Below, piece by piece: positions 19,351 through 28,864 of a stretch of DNA of 36,579 nucleotides. The DNA lies in the NCBI GenBank assembly GCA_016938795.1, contig JAFGTZ010000171.1, positions 1-36,579 on the forward strand, read 5' to 3'. A program made the translations under genes and the position numbers. Positions within the stretch are counted from its first letter, which is position 1, and the number at the start of each line of letters is the position of its first letter. This DNA comes from Chromatiaceae bacterium (GTDB lineage Bacteria; Pseudomonadota; Gammaproteobacteria; Chromatiales; Chromatiaceae). Under the pieces are notes generated by a model, which was not told the origin of the DNA, made no database searches, and worked only from the letters and a program-made list of their open reading frames with translations.

Positions 19351-22134
19351 TCAATCCAGCATGGCCAGTTTTGCCTGGGCCTCTGCGCGTTGCTTCTCGT
19401 TGCCGTCGGCCAGCACCTCTTCGAGAATGCTACGCGCCGATTCCTTGTCGTCCATGTCGATATAGGCCTGTGCCAGATCGATTTTGGTGGAATTCTCATC
19501 CCAGAGACCGGAATCGGTTTCCCATTGAGAGAGCAGCAGCTCACTGGCCGCGCCATCGCGAATGCTCGACTGGGATGCAGGCTCAGAGTCTGGCGCGCGC
19601 GCGGGCGACTTGGGCGCCGGCGTGGATGGTGTGGGAGCGCTCGGGGCGGTCGGCTTGAAGTCATCACCATCCATACCCTCAAGATCATTCAGTGAGAGCG
19701 CAAGCTCATCGAGGCCCATATCGGACTGATCAGATGGCTTCGTGACGGCTTCGTCACGTCGTGCGGGCGCGGCGTCTGGAGCTGGCTTTGCGTCCAGGAG
19801 CAGATCGCTGTCGTCGAAGAGCAGCGGAATATCATCCACGCCCTCGACGGGGGCGTTATCAATGAGACTGTCGAGATTTAAATCCAGCATATCCTCGGAC
19901 AAGGCATCGGGTGCAGCGGCAAGCGAGGCGGGCGCCGTTACCTTAGATGTTGAGCCCGTGGTGTTTTCGAGTTGCGCCAGACGTTCCTGGAGACGGCCCC
20001 ATTGCTCGGCATCAGACGCCTCGCCACCGGCGGCGGCAATGGACTGCGCAAGCACGCGCAAGCCATCGAGATTGCCCTGCGCAAAGTAGGCATCGGCCAG
20101 CTTGTATTGCACATCCAGCCGCTCGGGTTCACGCGCAAGCTCGGCGCGCAGAAGACGCTCGGCTTCGGCATGGCGGCCATAGGCCAGATAGATGTCCGCC
20201 TCGGAGAGCACATCCGGCGTCTCGGAATCTCCGTCGATGGGCGGCAACATCTCGATGGGTGCTTCACTTGGCGCCCCCTCGCGCGGTGCGGGTGCTTGCT
20301 CGGCCTCTTCCGCATCGGGCAGGGAATGGAGATCGAGCGGCATCAGCTCGGAATCGGACTCCAATTCAGCACCTGGTTCAGCACCTGGGGCACCAGCGAG
20401 CACCTTTGGGGGCGCCATGGAAGACGCCGCGCCTTGGTCCATGACGGAGCGTGCCGGCGGGGTCTCAGGCTGGACATCGAGCGGCTCGAACTCATCAAGA
20501 GCGTCGAACTCCGCTTCCTCCGCCGGCGTTTCGTCCTCCTGTTTGCGGCGGCGGCCTGACCACCAGGCAAAGCCCCCGATGCCCAGGGCCACCAGGCCGG
20601 CCAGGCCGGCAACGGGCAGCAGCAAGGCATACCACAGCGAGGCGCTTGCTTGTGTCTCCTCGGCTGTTTCCTCCGCAGTGGCTGGTGCTGAAGACGCCAC
20701 TGGCGCGGGCGCGACTTGATCCGTCTCGCTCGCGCCAGTGGGTGCGGAAGCGGCGCTTGGCGCGGCATCCTCCGTTGGGCTGGAAGGCTGGGGCTCTTCA
20801 GGAACTGTGTCCGGCTCGGGGGCCAGTGCGACATCGGCGGGCGCGCGCGTCTCGGGTGGCTCGGGCTCGGTCAAGGCGGAGGCCGGTGCCTCGATGTCGC
20901 CTTCCAGCTCGGGGAGCATCAGCTCGCTGAGCGGTGCAGCGGGCTCGGCGGACAGCACGGCGTCGGGCGCCTGCGCGGCTAGATCCTCGCCCCCCGGCGC
21001 CTCGCTGGGCTCGGGCTCGGGCATGGACGGCTGGGGCTGAGGCAGGGGTGCGCCAGGAGGTGGGGCGAGTTCGCGCAAACGTGCCAGCTCGGCGTTGCGC
21101 AGTTGCAGCAGCTCCTGAATACCGGACAGCTGGCCTTCAAGCTCGCGAATCCGATCACGCAACTCGCTGGTTTCCTGCCGCGCACTCTCGCTGGCCTCCA
21201 TGGCGAGCAACACATCCTGTTCGATGGCAGTTTCGGGCATGCGCGCGCTTGGCGGCGTTCCCCGCGCGATGGGCGTTCCGCTCGGCTCTCCGGCAAGCCG
21301 CAACCGGGGCTGCTCAAGCTCGGCTTCAGCCCGCGCCGGCATGGGCGCGAGCGGTGCGCGATGCACGGGTTCTCCGCTTAGGGCAGCCTTGAACTCTCGG
21401 TCAGCGGTAGCGGCATCCAGGGCAAAGAGTTCGGCGCGCGAGGGAATTGTCAGGGTTTTATCCGCCAGCAGGCGATTGATATCGCCTTGAATGAAGGCGT
21501 GCTGATTGTTGCGATAGAGTGCCAGCGCGGTCTGGGCAACGGTTGCGCCAGGCGGGGTCTTGGTGCGCGCGAGACGCCAGACTCCAGTGCCGCGGGGCAC
21601 GGGTCCATAGACCAGGGGAAAGCCATCGCCAGGCTCGAACACCACTGTCGACGAGCCAGTGGGTGCGCCCGCAGGCGACAAGGGCTGCGCGCTGGAGCCT
21701 GCCACGGGGGCGCGGATCGGCGCAGGCCGGCTTGCTGTGGTGAGGGGGGGGTCGAGCAACACCGTGTAGTTTTTGATCAAGCGCCCTTGGGGCCAGACCG
21801 CTGTGACCAGAAAGTCGAGATAGGGCTCGCGAATGGGATCCTGGCTCGTGATGCGCATCACCACCTGGCGATCGGGCCTCACCTCGGCGTCGAAGCGCAG
21901 ACGGGTCAGAAAGTGATAGCGTTCGATGCCGGCGCGCTCGAACTCCTCAGGAGAGGAGAGCATGACGCGCAGCGTGTCGAGTTCATCTGGCTTGACATCG
22001 AGCAGCTCGATCTCGGCGAGAAAGGGCTGATTGAGTGCCGATTGGGTGCGCAATCCCCCAAGGCCAAGGGCAAACGCATCCGGGCTAGCCATGGCAAGCG
22101 TCAGGATTGACGCCTGAAAGAGTTTGCGAGACAT
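19351..22134 (-). CDS. fimV: FimV/HubP-family polar landmark protein
   Basis: Signal peptide, then LGLG...SALNQPFLAEI, YTVLLDPP, LysM-like ALYRNNQHAFIQGDINRL, coiled coil, TM, acidic region, SEADIYLAYGR and C-terminal TKIDLAQAYIDMDDKESARSILEEV; between asd and truA; ATG 22134 with a GAGGGGGAG RBS. Confidence 0.93.
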   Translation of the reverse strand: MSRKLFQASILTLAMASPDAFALGLGGLRTQSALNQPFLAEIELLDVKPDELDTLRVMLSSPEEFERAGIERYHFLTRLRFDAEVRPDRQVVMRITSQDPIREPYLDFLVTAVWPQGRLIKNYTVLLDPPLTTASRPAPIRAPVAGSSAQPLSPAGAPTGSSTVVFEPGDGFPLVYGPVPRGTGVWRLARTKTPPGATVAQTALALYRNNQHAFIQGDINRLLADKTLTIPSRAELFALDAATADREFKAALSGEPVHRAPLAPMPARAEAELEQPRLRLAGEPSGTPIARGTPPSARMPETAIEQDVLLAMEASESARQETSELRDRIRELEGQLSGIQELLQLRNAELARLRELAPPPGAPLPQPQPSMPEPEPSEAPGGEDLAAQAPDAVLSAEPAAPLSELMLPELEGDIEAPASALTEPEPPETRAPADVALAPEPDTVPEEPQPSSPTEDAAPSAASAPTGASETDQVAPAPVASSAPATAEETAEETQASASLWYALLLPVAGLAGLVALGIGGFAWWSGRRRKQEDETPAEEAEFDALDEFEPLDVQPETPPARSVMDQGAASSMAPPKVLAGAPGAEPGAELESDSELMPLDLHSLPDAEEAEQAPAPREGAPSEAPIEMLPPIDGDSETPDVLSEADIYLAYGRHAEAERLLRAELAREPERLDVQYKLADAYFAQGNLDGLRVLAQSIAAAGGEASDAEQWGRLQERLAQLENTTGSTSKVTAPASLAAAPDALSEDMLDLNLDSLIDNAPVEGVDDIPLLFDDSDLLLDAKPAPDAAPARRDEAVTKPSDQSDMGLDELALSLNDLEGMDGDDFKPTAPSAPTPSTPAPKSPARAPDSEPASQSSIRDGAASELLLSQWETDSGLWDENSTKIDLAQAYIDMDDKESARSILEEVLADGNEKQRAEAQAKLAMLD

Positions 22135-22312
22135 CCACTCCCCCTCGTGCACCCCATCGGTGTGCGATTGACGTGCGGCAATGCGAATCACGCGGACAAA
22201 ACCCGGGCCTCGCACGCATGGCGCATGCCCGGAACTCACCCCCCTAGTGCGGCAGACTATAGCCGATCAACTTGCATTCACCAAGCGCACCGTGATCCGG
22301 ACAGGGGGGCAA

Positions 22313-23428
22313 TCAAGACTCAAGCAGAATGTCAAGCATCCGTCTCAGGGGTTCGGCCGCGCCCCAGAGCAATTGGTCGCCCACGGTAAAGGCGGCCAGA
22401 TATTCAGGCCCCAGATTGAGCCTGCGCAGCCGTCCGATGGGAACCTCCAGCCGACCGGTCACCGCCGCAGGTGTGAGTTCGCGCTGGGTGAGTTCGCGTT
22501 CATTGGGGATGAGGCGTACCCAGTCGTTGGCCTCGGCGATGAGCGACTCGGCCTCGCCGAGCGGTACCTCCCGCTTGAGCTTGATGGTAAGGCCCTGGCT
22601 ATGACAGCGCATGGCGCCGATGCGCACACAGAGTCCGTCGATGGCAACGGGGTCGGACTCCCGACCCAGAATGCGGTTGGTTTCGGCTTGCCCTTTCCAC
22701 TCCTCGCGACTCTGGCCGTTGTCGAGCTGGGTGTCGATCCAGGGGATGAGGCTGCCGGCAAGCGGAACACCGAAGCTCTCGGTGGGGAATCCGGGGTCGC
22801 GCAGGGTCTCGGTCACACGCCGGTCGATGTCGAGGATGGCCGAGGCCGGATCGGCCAGGAGCGCTTCGACCGAGCCGTGCAGCGCGCCCATCTGGGCGAG
22901 CAGCTCGCGCATGTTCTTGGCGCCCGCACCCGAGGCGGCCTGATAGGTCATGGCGCTGACCCAGTCGATCAGATCCGCCTTGAAGAGCCCGCCGAGGGCC
23001 ATGAGCATGAGGCTCACGGTGCAGTTACCGCCGATGAAGTCGCGCCTGCCCGCGTCCAGGGCGGCATCAATCAGCGGGCGGTTAACCGGGTCGAGCACGA
23101 TGGTCGCGTCCGGCGCCATGCGCAGCGCCGAGGCGGCGTCGATCCAGTAGCCGTTCCAGCCGCTCGCGCGCAGACGTGGATGGATCGACTTGGTGTAATC
23201 GCCACCCTGGCAGGTGAGGATGGCGTCCATCTCGCGCAGGGCGTCGAGCGACTCGGCATCGAGCAGGGGCGCGGCTCCGCGCCCGACATCCGGGCCGGGC
23301 TGACCCACCTGGGAGGTGCTGAAGAAGACCGGCTCTGCGATGCGTGCAAAATCATTTTCAGCACGCATCCGCTCCATCAGCACCGAGCCCACCATACCGC
23401 GCCAACCGACGAAACCAACCCGCTGCAT
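22313..23428 (-). CDS. asd: Aspartate-semialdehyde dehydrogenase
   Basis: [32 protein letters not shown] (catalytic Cys), [19 protein letters not shown]. Confidence 0.97.
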   Translation of the reverse strand: MQRVGFVGWRGMVGSVLMERMRAENDFARIAEPVFFSTSQVGQPGPDVGRGAAPLLDAESLDALREMDAILTCQGGDYTKSIHPRLRASGWNGYWIDAASALRMAPDATIVLDPVNRPLIDAALDAGRRDFIGGNCTVSLMLMALGGLFKADLIDWVSAMTYQAASGAGAKNMRELLAQMGALHGSVEALLADPASAILDIDRRVTETLRDPGFPTESFGVPLAGSLIPWIDTQLDNGQSREEWKGQAETNRILGRESDPVAIDGLCVRIGAMRCHSQGLTIKLKREVPLGEAESLIAEANDWVRLIPNERELTQRELTPAAVTGRLEVPIGRLRRLNLGPEYLAAFTVGDQLLWGAAEPLRRMLDILLES

Positions 23429-23463
23429 CTTTATGCCTCGCCAAACTTTAAAGCGTTATTCGA

Positions 23464-23469
23464 ATTATA
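23464..23469 (-). promoter_or_regulatory. Candidate -10 box (TATAAT) for an internal asd promoter
   Basis: Perfect TATAAT on the minus strand in an AT-rich patch 35 nt upstream of asd; no convincing -35. Confidence 0.4.
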
Positions 23470-23499
23470 TTCTTTGCGCACGATACGTGACCTTGGGGC

Positions 23500-23603
23500 G
23501 CGGATCGGGTAACGGCTGCCGGGGGACGCCGTGAATCCATCCCTGGCGGCTTGACGACGGCATCCATGCCGTTGACACCCCCGCCAGCCGCCACCCGATC
23601 CGC
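23500..23603. repeat. 104-bp nested palindromic element (REP/MITE-like) between leuB and asd
   Basis: Arms GCGGATCGGGT (23500-10)/ACCCGATCCGC (23593-603), CGGCTG (23513-18)/CAGCCG (23585-90) and CGGGGG (23520-25)/CCCCCG (23578-83) enclose two inner hairpins, including ACGGCAT-CC-ATGCCGT (23557-72). Confidence 0.8.
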
Positions 23604-23623
23604 TCGTGGCTATCCTGAATCGC

Positions 23624-24703
23624 TCAGGCCGACAGGGCGGCAACCACGGCATCGCCCATTTCGGCGGTGCCGACCTGGCGCATGCCCTCAGACAGGATAT
23701 CCGCCGTGCGCAGGCCCTGGTCGAGTACCCTGGAGACGGCGGCCTCGATGCGGTCGGCGGCTTCGGGTGCGCCGAGCGAATAGCGCAGCATCATGGTGAC
23801 CGAGAGGATGGTGGCGAGCGGATTGGCCACGCCGCGTCCGGCGATGTCGGGGGCCGAGCCGTGGATGGGTTCGTACATGCCCTGGCCGTGCTCGTTGAGC
23901 GAGGCCGAGGGCAGCATACCGATTGAGCCGGTGAGCATGGCGGCGCAGTCGGAGAGGATGTCACCGAAGATGTTGCCGGTGACCATGACGTCGAACTGCT
24001 TGGGCGCGCGCACCAGCTGCATGGCGGCGTTATCGACGTACATGTGGCTGAGTTCGATCTCGGGATAATCGGCGGCGGTCTTGATCGCGACCTCGCGCCA
24101 CATCTCGGTGCATTCGAGCACATTGGCCTTATCGACCGAGCACACCTTCTTGCCGCGCTGCATGGCGATGTCGAAGGCGACGCGACAGATGCGCTCAACC
24201 TCGGACTCGGTGTAGACCATGGTGTTGATGCCACGACGCTCGCCCGAGGGCAGGGTCTCGACCCCGCGCGGCTGGCCGAAATAGATGTCGCCGGTCAGCT
24301 CGCGCACGATCATGATGTCGAGCCCGGAAACGATCTCGGGCTTGAGCGTGGAGGCGGCGGCCAGTTGCGGATAGAGCACGGCGGGACGCAGGTTGGCGAA
24401 TAGCCCCAGGCCCGCGCGCAGACCCAGCAGGCCCTTCTCGGGACGCTTGGAGATGTGCAGCGGCTCCCACTTCGGACCGCCGACTGCGCCGAGCAGCACC
24501 GCATCCGACGCCTTGGCGGCGGCCAGGGTCTCCTCGGGCAGCGGATCGCCATGGGCATCGTAGGCCGCGCCGCCGACCAGCGCCTCGTCGAGCGTCACGT
24601 CGATGGCGCCCTCGGCCTTGAGTGCGTTGAGCACCTTCACCGCCTCGGCGACGATCTCGGGACCGATGCCGTCACCGGCGAGAACCAGAATTTTCTTGCT
24701 CAA
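23624..24703 (-). CDS. leuB: 3-isopropylmalate dehydrogenase
   Basis: [65 protein letters not shown]; TTG start with a GGAG RBS. Confidence 0.98.
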   Translation of the reverse strand: MSKKILVLAGDGIGPEIVAEAVKVLNALKAEGAIDVTLDEALVGGAAYDAHGDPLPEETLAAAKASDAVLLGAVGGPKWEPLHISKRPEKGLLGLRAGLGLFANLRPAVLYPQLAAASTLKPEIVSGLDIMIVRELTGDIYFGQPRGVETLPSGERRGINTMVYTESEVERICRVAFDIAMQRGKKVCSVDKANVLECTEMWREVAIKTAADYPEIELSHMYVDNAAMQLVRAPKQFDVMVTGNIFGDILSDCAAMLTGSIGMLPSASLNEHGQGMYEPIHGSAPDIAGRGVANPLATILSVTMMLRYSLGAPEAADRIEAAVSRVLDQGLRTADILSEGMRQVGTAEMGDAVVAALSA

Positions 24704-25662
24704 TGGTTGTTCTCCAATGCGTGCGAGCGGGCGCGTGGCGCTTGGCCATAACGCGCAGACTGATCAGCAATGGATTGGATGTCGATCATCCAATCCAGAT
24801 GACGCCCAATGACCAGTTCTGTCATGGGCGCATGATGGGTATTCTTCATCGGAATCGGCTTGGCGGCGAAACCGTATTGCCGCGCCAGTACCTTGACCTC
24901 TTCCGCATGATCATAGGTCATGATGAAATCGCCCTTGAGTTGGGCGCACAGCTCGAACAGCGCTTGATGATCCAGCTCGAAATGCCGATACAAACGCTGA
25001 CCGGCCTTTTTCCCACCTGCCGTATAGGGCGGGTCGATAAAAAAGACGACGTTTGGATCATCGCGATAACGTTCAAGCACAGCCAAAGCATCGGCCTGTT
25101 CAAAAAACAGACGTTCACGGATATGGTCAATGCTACGCAGACGTTTGGCGAGTGTAGCCGGATACCATCGCGACCCGATGCCCTTTCCCGACTCGCCGCG
25201 TCTAATGAATCTAGAGCCGGGCGCCAAGATACCGCCGTGCAATGTTCGATTGCGAAGAATCGTCCTGAAGGCGTGTTCGCGGGTGCTCGTCGGAGCACGG
25301 GCTAGAGTGTCGGTGACATTCTCCAGCGACATCTCGAAAGCCAGAATCCGCTCCGCCAGCCATTCAGCCTCACCATCCTGAAGCGCGTGCCAAACTGCCG
25401 CCACATCCTCGTCGAGCTCAACCATTAAAACCGCTTCAGCAAGCTGCTCAAAGGCCGCCGTCAGCGACACGATTCCGCCGCCGGCGAAAGGCTCGACCAG
25501 CAGTGCCGGACGGTGCGGACGGCTGCGCAACCAGTCGCGCAAACGCGGCACGAACCACGTCTTGCCGCCCGGATACCGGAACGGACTGCGCTGAGGAACG
25601 GAGGCGACGTTAACCATCCTGGGTTGATCATCGACTTCACCGAAAAGCGACTGCTGTAACAT
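24700..25662 (-). CDS. Dam-like (D12 class, alpha group) amino DNA methyltransferase
   Basis: Motif [12 protein letters not shown], motif I VEPFAGGG, motif IV FFIDPPY, in that order (alpha group); 320 aa. Confidence 0.9.
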   Translation of the reverse strand: MLQQSLFGEVDDQPRMVNVASVPQRSPFRYPGGKTWFVPRLRDWLRSRPHRPALLVEPFAGGGIVSLTAAFEQLAEAVLMVELDEDVAAVWHALQDGEAEWLAERILAFEMSLENVTDTLARAPTSTREHAFRTILRNRTLHGGILAPGSRFIRRGESGKGIGSRWYPATLAKRLRSIDHIRERLFFEQADALAVLERYRDDPNVVFFIDPPYTAGGKKAGQRLYRHFELDHQALFELCAQLKGDFIMTYDHAEEVKVLARQYGFAAKPIPMKNTHHAPMTELVIGRHLDWMIDIQSIADQSARYGQAPRARSHALENNH

Positions 25663-25671
25663 GATGGGTGG

Positions 25672-26553
25672 CTAACCTAATGGGTTATTGATGACAGCAT
25701 TGGTCGGCGGCAATTCCAGCTTCTCGTCAACTTTTTCCTGTAATCGACGCATGAAGTCGTCGATACAGCCAACGTTTGGTAGCGTGATTCTAGTCAGCGC
25801 ATCAGAAAACAGGGTATGAACGACCTCCGCTTTTCGCAGCACATATCTCGATATCTCTTCATCGAAAACAAGATCATAGATCAGCCAGGCGACTTCGGCC
25901 TCATTTCGATCTGTAGGCTGAATCTTTGGCAATGTATTGAAGAATTGACGATCAATGGCAACCGCCATCTTTTTCTTCCAATTATGGAGAATGCTGCCCT
26001 TGAACAGCAACTGTGGCGCAAGCCGCTTTCTCGACGATGACAGAAAATCCGGTCGCGGATAATTCGGCTCACGAGTCCAATCCATGTCTGCATGCCGCTG
26101 ACAATCCGACATGTAGTGCGCGAACGGATCTCTGACATTGCCGGAAATATAGACTGCTTGAATTTCCAGCGAGCCGAAATCGTACACCTTTCCTGCTTGA
26201 TCGTAGGCCACCAGAACTAGATCGATATTGCCCGCTGACTTTCCTTCCCGATCCGGCAATCTCACTTCAGTCAACGACGTCCAGGAAGTTCCATCAGGAA
26301 AAAAGAACGCAGCGGCATCGTCGGCAATTCGCCAGTCTTCCCTGAAACGGATCGGGCAGGTGATAACCGGTCCGTCCTTCGTATGAATGCTGCAGACGCC
26401 CAGCGGATCCTTCGCCTTATCCTTGGTGCAGCTCGGCACCTTATTATTGAAGGGACACAGCCTGTTCCGGCGGAATCTCTGCGCCCTTTCGCTGAAGTCG
26501 TTCGGCGGATAACCGAAGACCTCAGCCAGCGGATGTCGTGACGTCTTTTGCAC
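25672..26553 (-). CDS. NotI-family type II restriction endonuclease
   Basis: N-terminal EVFGY, Cys4 cluster C33/C42/C54/C66 (LCPF..SCTK..GVCSI..ITCPIRF), EVRL, GNIDLVLV and LEIQ (D...ExQ nuclease variant), KRLAPQLLFKG; adjacent to a methyltransferase; lower GC. Confidence 0.88.
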   Translation of the reverse strand: MQKTSRHPLAEVFGYPPNDFSERAQRFRRNRLCPFNNKVPSCTKDKAKDPLGVCSIHTKDGPVITCPIRFREDWRIADDAAAFFFPDGTSWTSLTEVRLPDREGKSAGNIDLVLVAYDQAGKVYDFGSLEIQAVYISGNVRDPFAHYMSDCQRHADMDWTREPNYPRPDFLSSSRKRLAPQLLFKGSILHNWKKKMAVAIDRQFFNTLPKIQPTDRNEAEVAWLIYDLVFDEEISRYVLRKAEVVHTLFSDALTRITLPNVGCIDDFMRRLQEKVDEKLELPPTNAVINNPLG

Positions 26554-26560
26554 AGCCGGA

Positions 26561-27208
26561 TCAGTTGCCGATCGCGAACAGCCAGGGCGCTTCGGCGCGG
26601 CGGCGGTCTTCGTAGGCGCGGATGGTGTCGGCTTCCTGAAGGGTCAGGCCGATGTCGTCGAGCCCTTCGATGAGGCGGTGCTTGCTGCCGGCATCCACCT
26701 CGAAGGCGATGACCTGGCCGTCGCCGAGTGTCAGGGTCTGGGCGGGCAGATCGACGGCGATGCGCAGCGGCTCGGCCCCGGTCGCCTTGGCGAAGAGCCC
26801 GTCGATGAGGGCGGCGTCAAGCCGGATCGGCAGCAGACCGTTCTTGAAGCAGTTGTTGAAGAAGATGTCGGCGAAGCTCGGCGCCAGGATGACGCGGATG
26901 CCGAAGTCGGTGAGCGCCCAGGGCGCGTGCTCGCGCGAGGAGCCACAGCCGAAGTTCTCGCGGACAAGCAAAATCTCGGCCTGCTGATAGCGCGGGTCGT
27001 TCAGCACGAACTCGGGATTGCGCGGACGATGGGTGCAGTCCATGTCCGGCTCGCCATGGTCGAGATAGCGCCACTCATCGAAGAGATAAGGCCCGAAGCC
27101 GCTGCGCTTGATGCTCTTGAGAAACTGCTTGGGGATGATGGCGTCGGTATCGACATTGGCCCGGTCGAGCGGGGCCACGACCCCGGTGAAATTCTTGAAG
27201 GCATCCAT
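26561..27208 (-). CDS. leuD: 3-isopropylmalate dehydratase small subunit
   Basis: [43 protein letters not shown]; TGATG overlap with leuC. Confidence 0.97.
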   Translation of the reverse strand: MDAFKNFTGVVAPLDRANVDTDAIIPKQFLKSIKRSGFGPYLFDEWRYLDHGEPDMDCTHRPRNPEFVLNDPRYQQAEILLVRENFGCGSSREHAPWALTDFGIRVILAPSFADIFFNNCFKNGLLPIRLDAALIDGLFAKATGAEPLRIAVDLPAQTLTLGDGQVIAFEVDAGSKHRLIEGLDDIGLTLQEADTIRAYEDRRRAEAPWLFAIGN

Positions 27209-28611
27209 CAGAGTTCTCCCGCGTCGATGAAGTGGCCCGCGATGGCCGCCGCCGCCGCCATAGCCGGACTGACCAGATGGGTACGGCCGCCCTGCCCCTG
27301 GCGTCCTTCGAAGTTGCGGTTGGAGGTGGAGGCGCAGCGCTCGCCCGGCTCCAGCCGGTCGGCGTTCATGGCGAGACACATGGAGCAGCCCGGCTCGCGC
27401 CACTCGAATCCGGCCTCGACGAAGATCTTATCCAGCCCCTCGGCCTCGGCCTGGGCCTTCACCAGCCCAGAGCCTGGCACCACCATGGCGAGTTTGATGG
27501 AGTCAGACACCTTGCGCCCCTTGGCCACCTCGGCGGCGGCGCGCAGATCCTCAATGCGCGAATTGGTGCAGGAGCCGATGAACACCTTATCAGGACGGAT
27601 GTCGCGGATCGGCATACCCGCCTCCAGGCCCATATAGTCAAGTGCGCGGCGCATGCCCGTGGCCTTGACGGCGTCGGACTCGCTGGCCGGATCGGGCACC
27701 CGATCGTCAATGGAGACCACCATCTCGGGCGAGGTGCCCCAGGTGACCTGAGGACGGATGCGCGCGGCATCGAGTGTCACCACCCGGTCGAAGCTGGCGC
27801 CGGGATCGCTCACCAGGGTGCGCCAATGCACAGCGGCGCGCTCGAACAGCTCGCCCTGGGGCGCGAGCGGACGCCCGCGCATGTAGTCGATGGTCTTCTC
27901 ATCCACCGCCACCAGTCCGGCGCGCGCGCCGGCCTCGATGGCCATGTTGCAAACCGTCATGCGCCCTTCCATGGAGAGCGCACGGATGGCCTCGCCGCCG
28001 AACTCGATGACATAGCCCGTGCCGCCGGCGGTGCCGATCGCGCCGATGATGGCGAGCACGATGTCCTTGGCGGTCACACCCGCGCCGAGCTGGCCGTCCA
28101 CCTGGATCAGCATGGATTTTGATTTGCGCTGAATCAGGGTCTGGGTGGCCAGCACGTGCTCGACCTCGGAGGTGCCGATGCCGAAGGCCAGGGCGCCGAA
28201 GGCGCCATGGGTGGCGGTGTGCGAGTCGCCGCAGACCACCGTGGCGCCCGGCAGGGTAAAGCCTTGCTCGGGACCAATGACATGCACCACGCCCTGGCGC
28301 TCATCACCCATGTTGAACTCGGTGATGCCGAAGGTCTGGCAGTTGGTGCCGAGCGTCTCGACCTGAAGCCGTGAAACCGGATCGGCGATGCCCTCGGCGC
28401 GGCCCAGGGTCGGCACGTTGTGATCGGGCACGGCGAGGTTGGCGCTGGTGCGCCAGGGCTTGCGGCCCGCGAGACGCAGGCCCTCGAAGGCCTGGGGCGA
28501 GGTGACCTCGTGAATGAGCTGACGATCGATGTAGAGAAGCGCCGTGCCGGTCTCATCGACCCTTACCACATGCTCATCCCATAATTTGTCGTAGAGGGTT
28601 CTGGCGCCCAT
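27208..28611 (-). CDS. leuC: 3-isopropylmalate dehydratase large subunit
   Basis: [52 protein letters not shown]. Confidence 0.98.
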   Translation of the reverse strand: MGARTLYDKLWDEHVVRVDETGTALLYIDRQLIHEVTSPQAFEGLRLAGRKPWRTSANLAVPDHNVPTLGRAEGIADPVSRLQVETLGTNCQTFGITEFNMGDERQGVVHVIGPEQGFTLPGATVVCGDSHTATHGAFGALAFGIGTSEVEHVLATQTLIQRKSKSMLIQVDGQLGAGVTAKDIVLAIIGAIGTAGGTGYVIEFGGEAIRALSMEGRMTVCNMAIEAGARAGLVAVDEKTIDYMRGRPLAPQGELFERAAVHWRTLVSDPGASFDRVVTLDAARIRPQVTWGTSPEMVVSIDDRVPDPASESDAVKATGMRRALDYMGLEAGMPIRDIRPDKVFIGSCTNSRIEDLRAAAEVAKGRKVSDSIKLAMVVPGSGLVKAQAEAEGLDKIFVEAGFEWREPGCSMCLAMNADRLEPGERCASTSNRNFEGRQGQGGRTHLVSPAMAAAAAIAGHFIDAGEL

Positions 28612-28864
28612 GTCCGCGACCTCGATACAGAAGAAACGAAACAGTGCAGCTTAGTCTGCAAGCAGTTAAAACTCAATGCTCAAGCCGAATTTTTCGCGCC
28701 AGGCCAGTGGCATCACGCGGTTAGGCGCGGTTGTGAATAACCAAAAACTCATGGGTTCATAAGAGAACCCCCGGTGGACATCTATTCAATGGAGTCCGAA
28801 TCCTTGATCTAGCCCGTGCATGATCCTCTGGCCGCCGCGCGCCGCTCGGCATAGAATCGAGGCC

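Noticed and set aside
20700-21070. Short repeats (GGGCTC)n in fimV
   Set aside because: They encode the Pro/Glu low-complexity linker normal for FimV; not a CRISPR array or VNTR.
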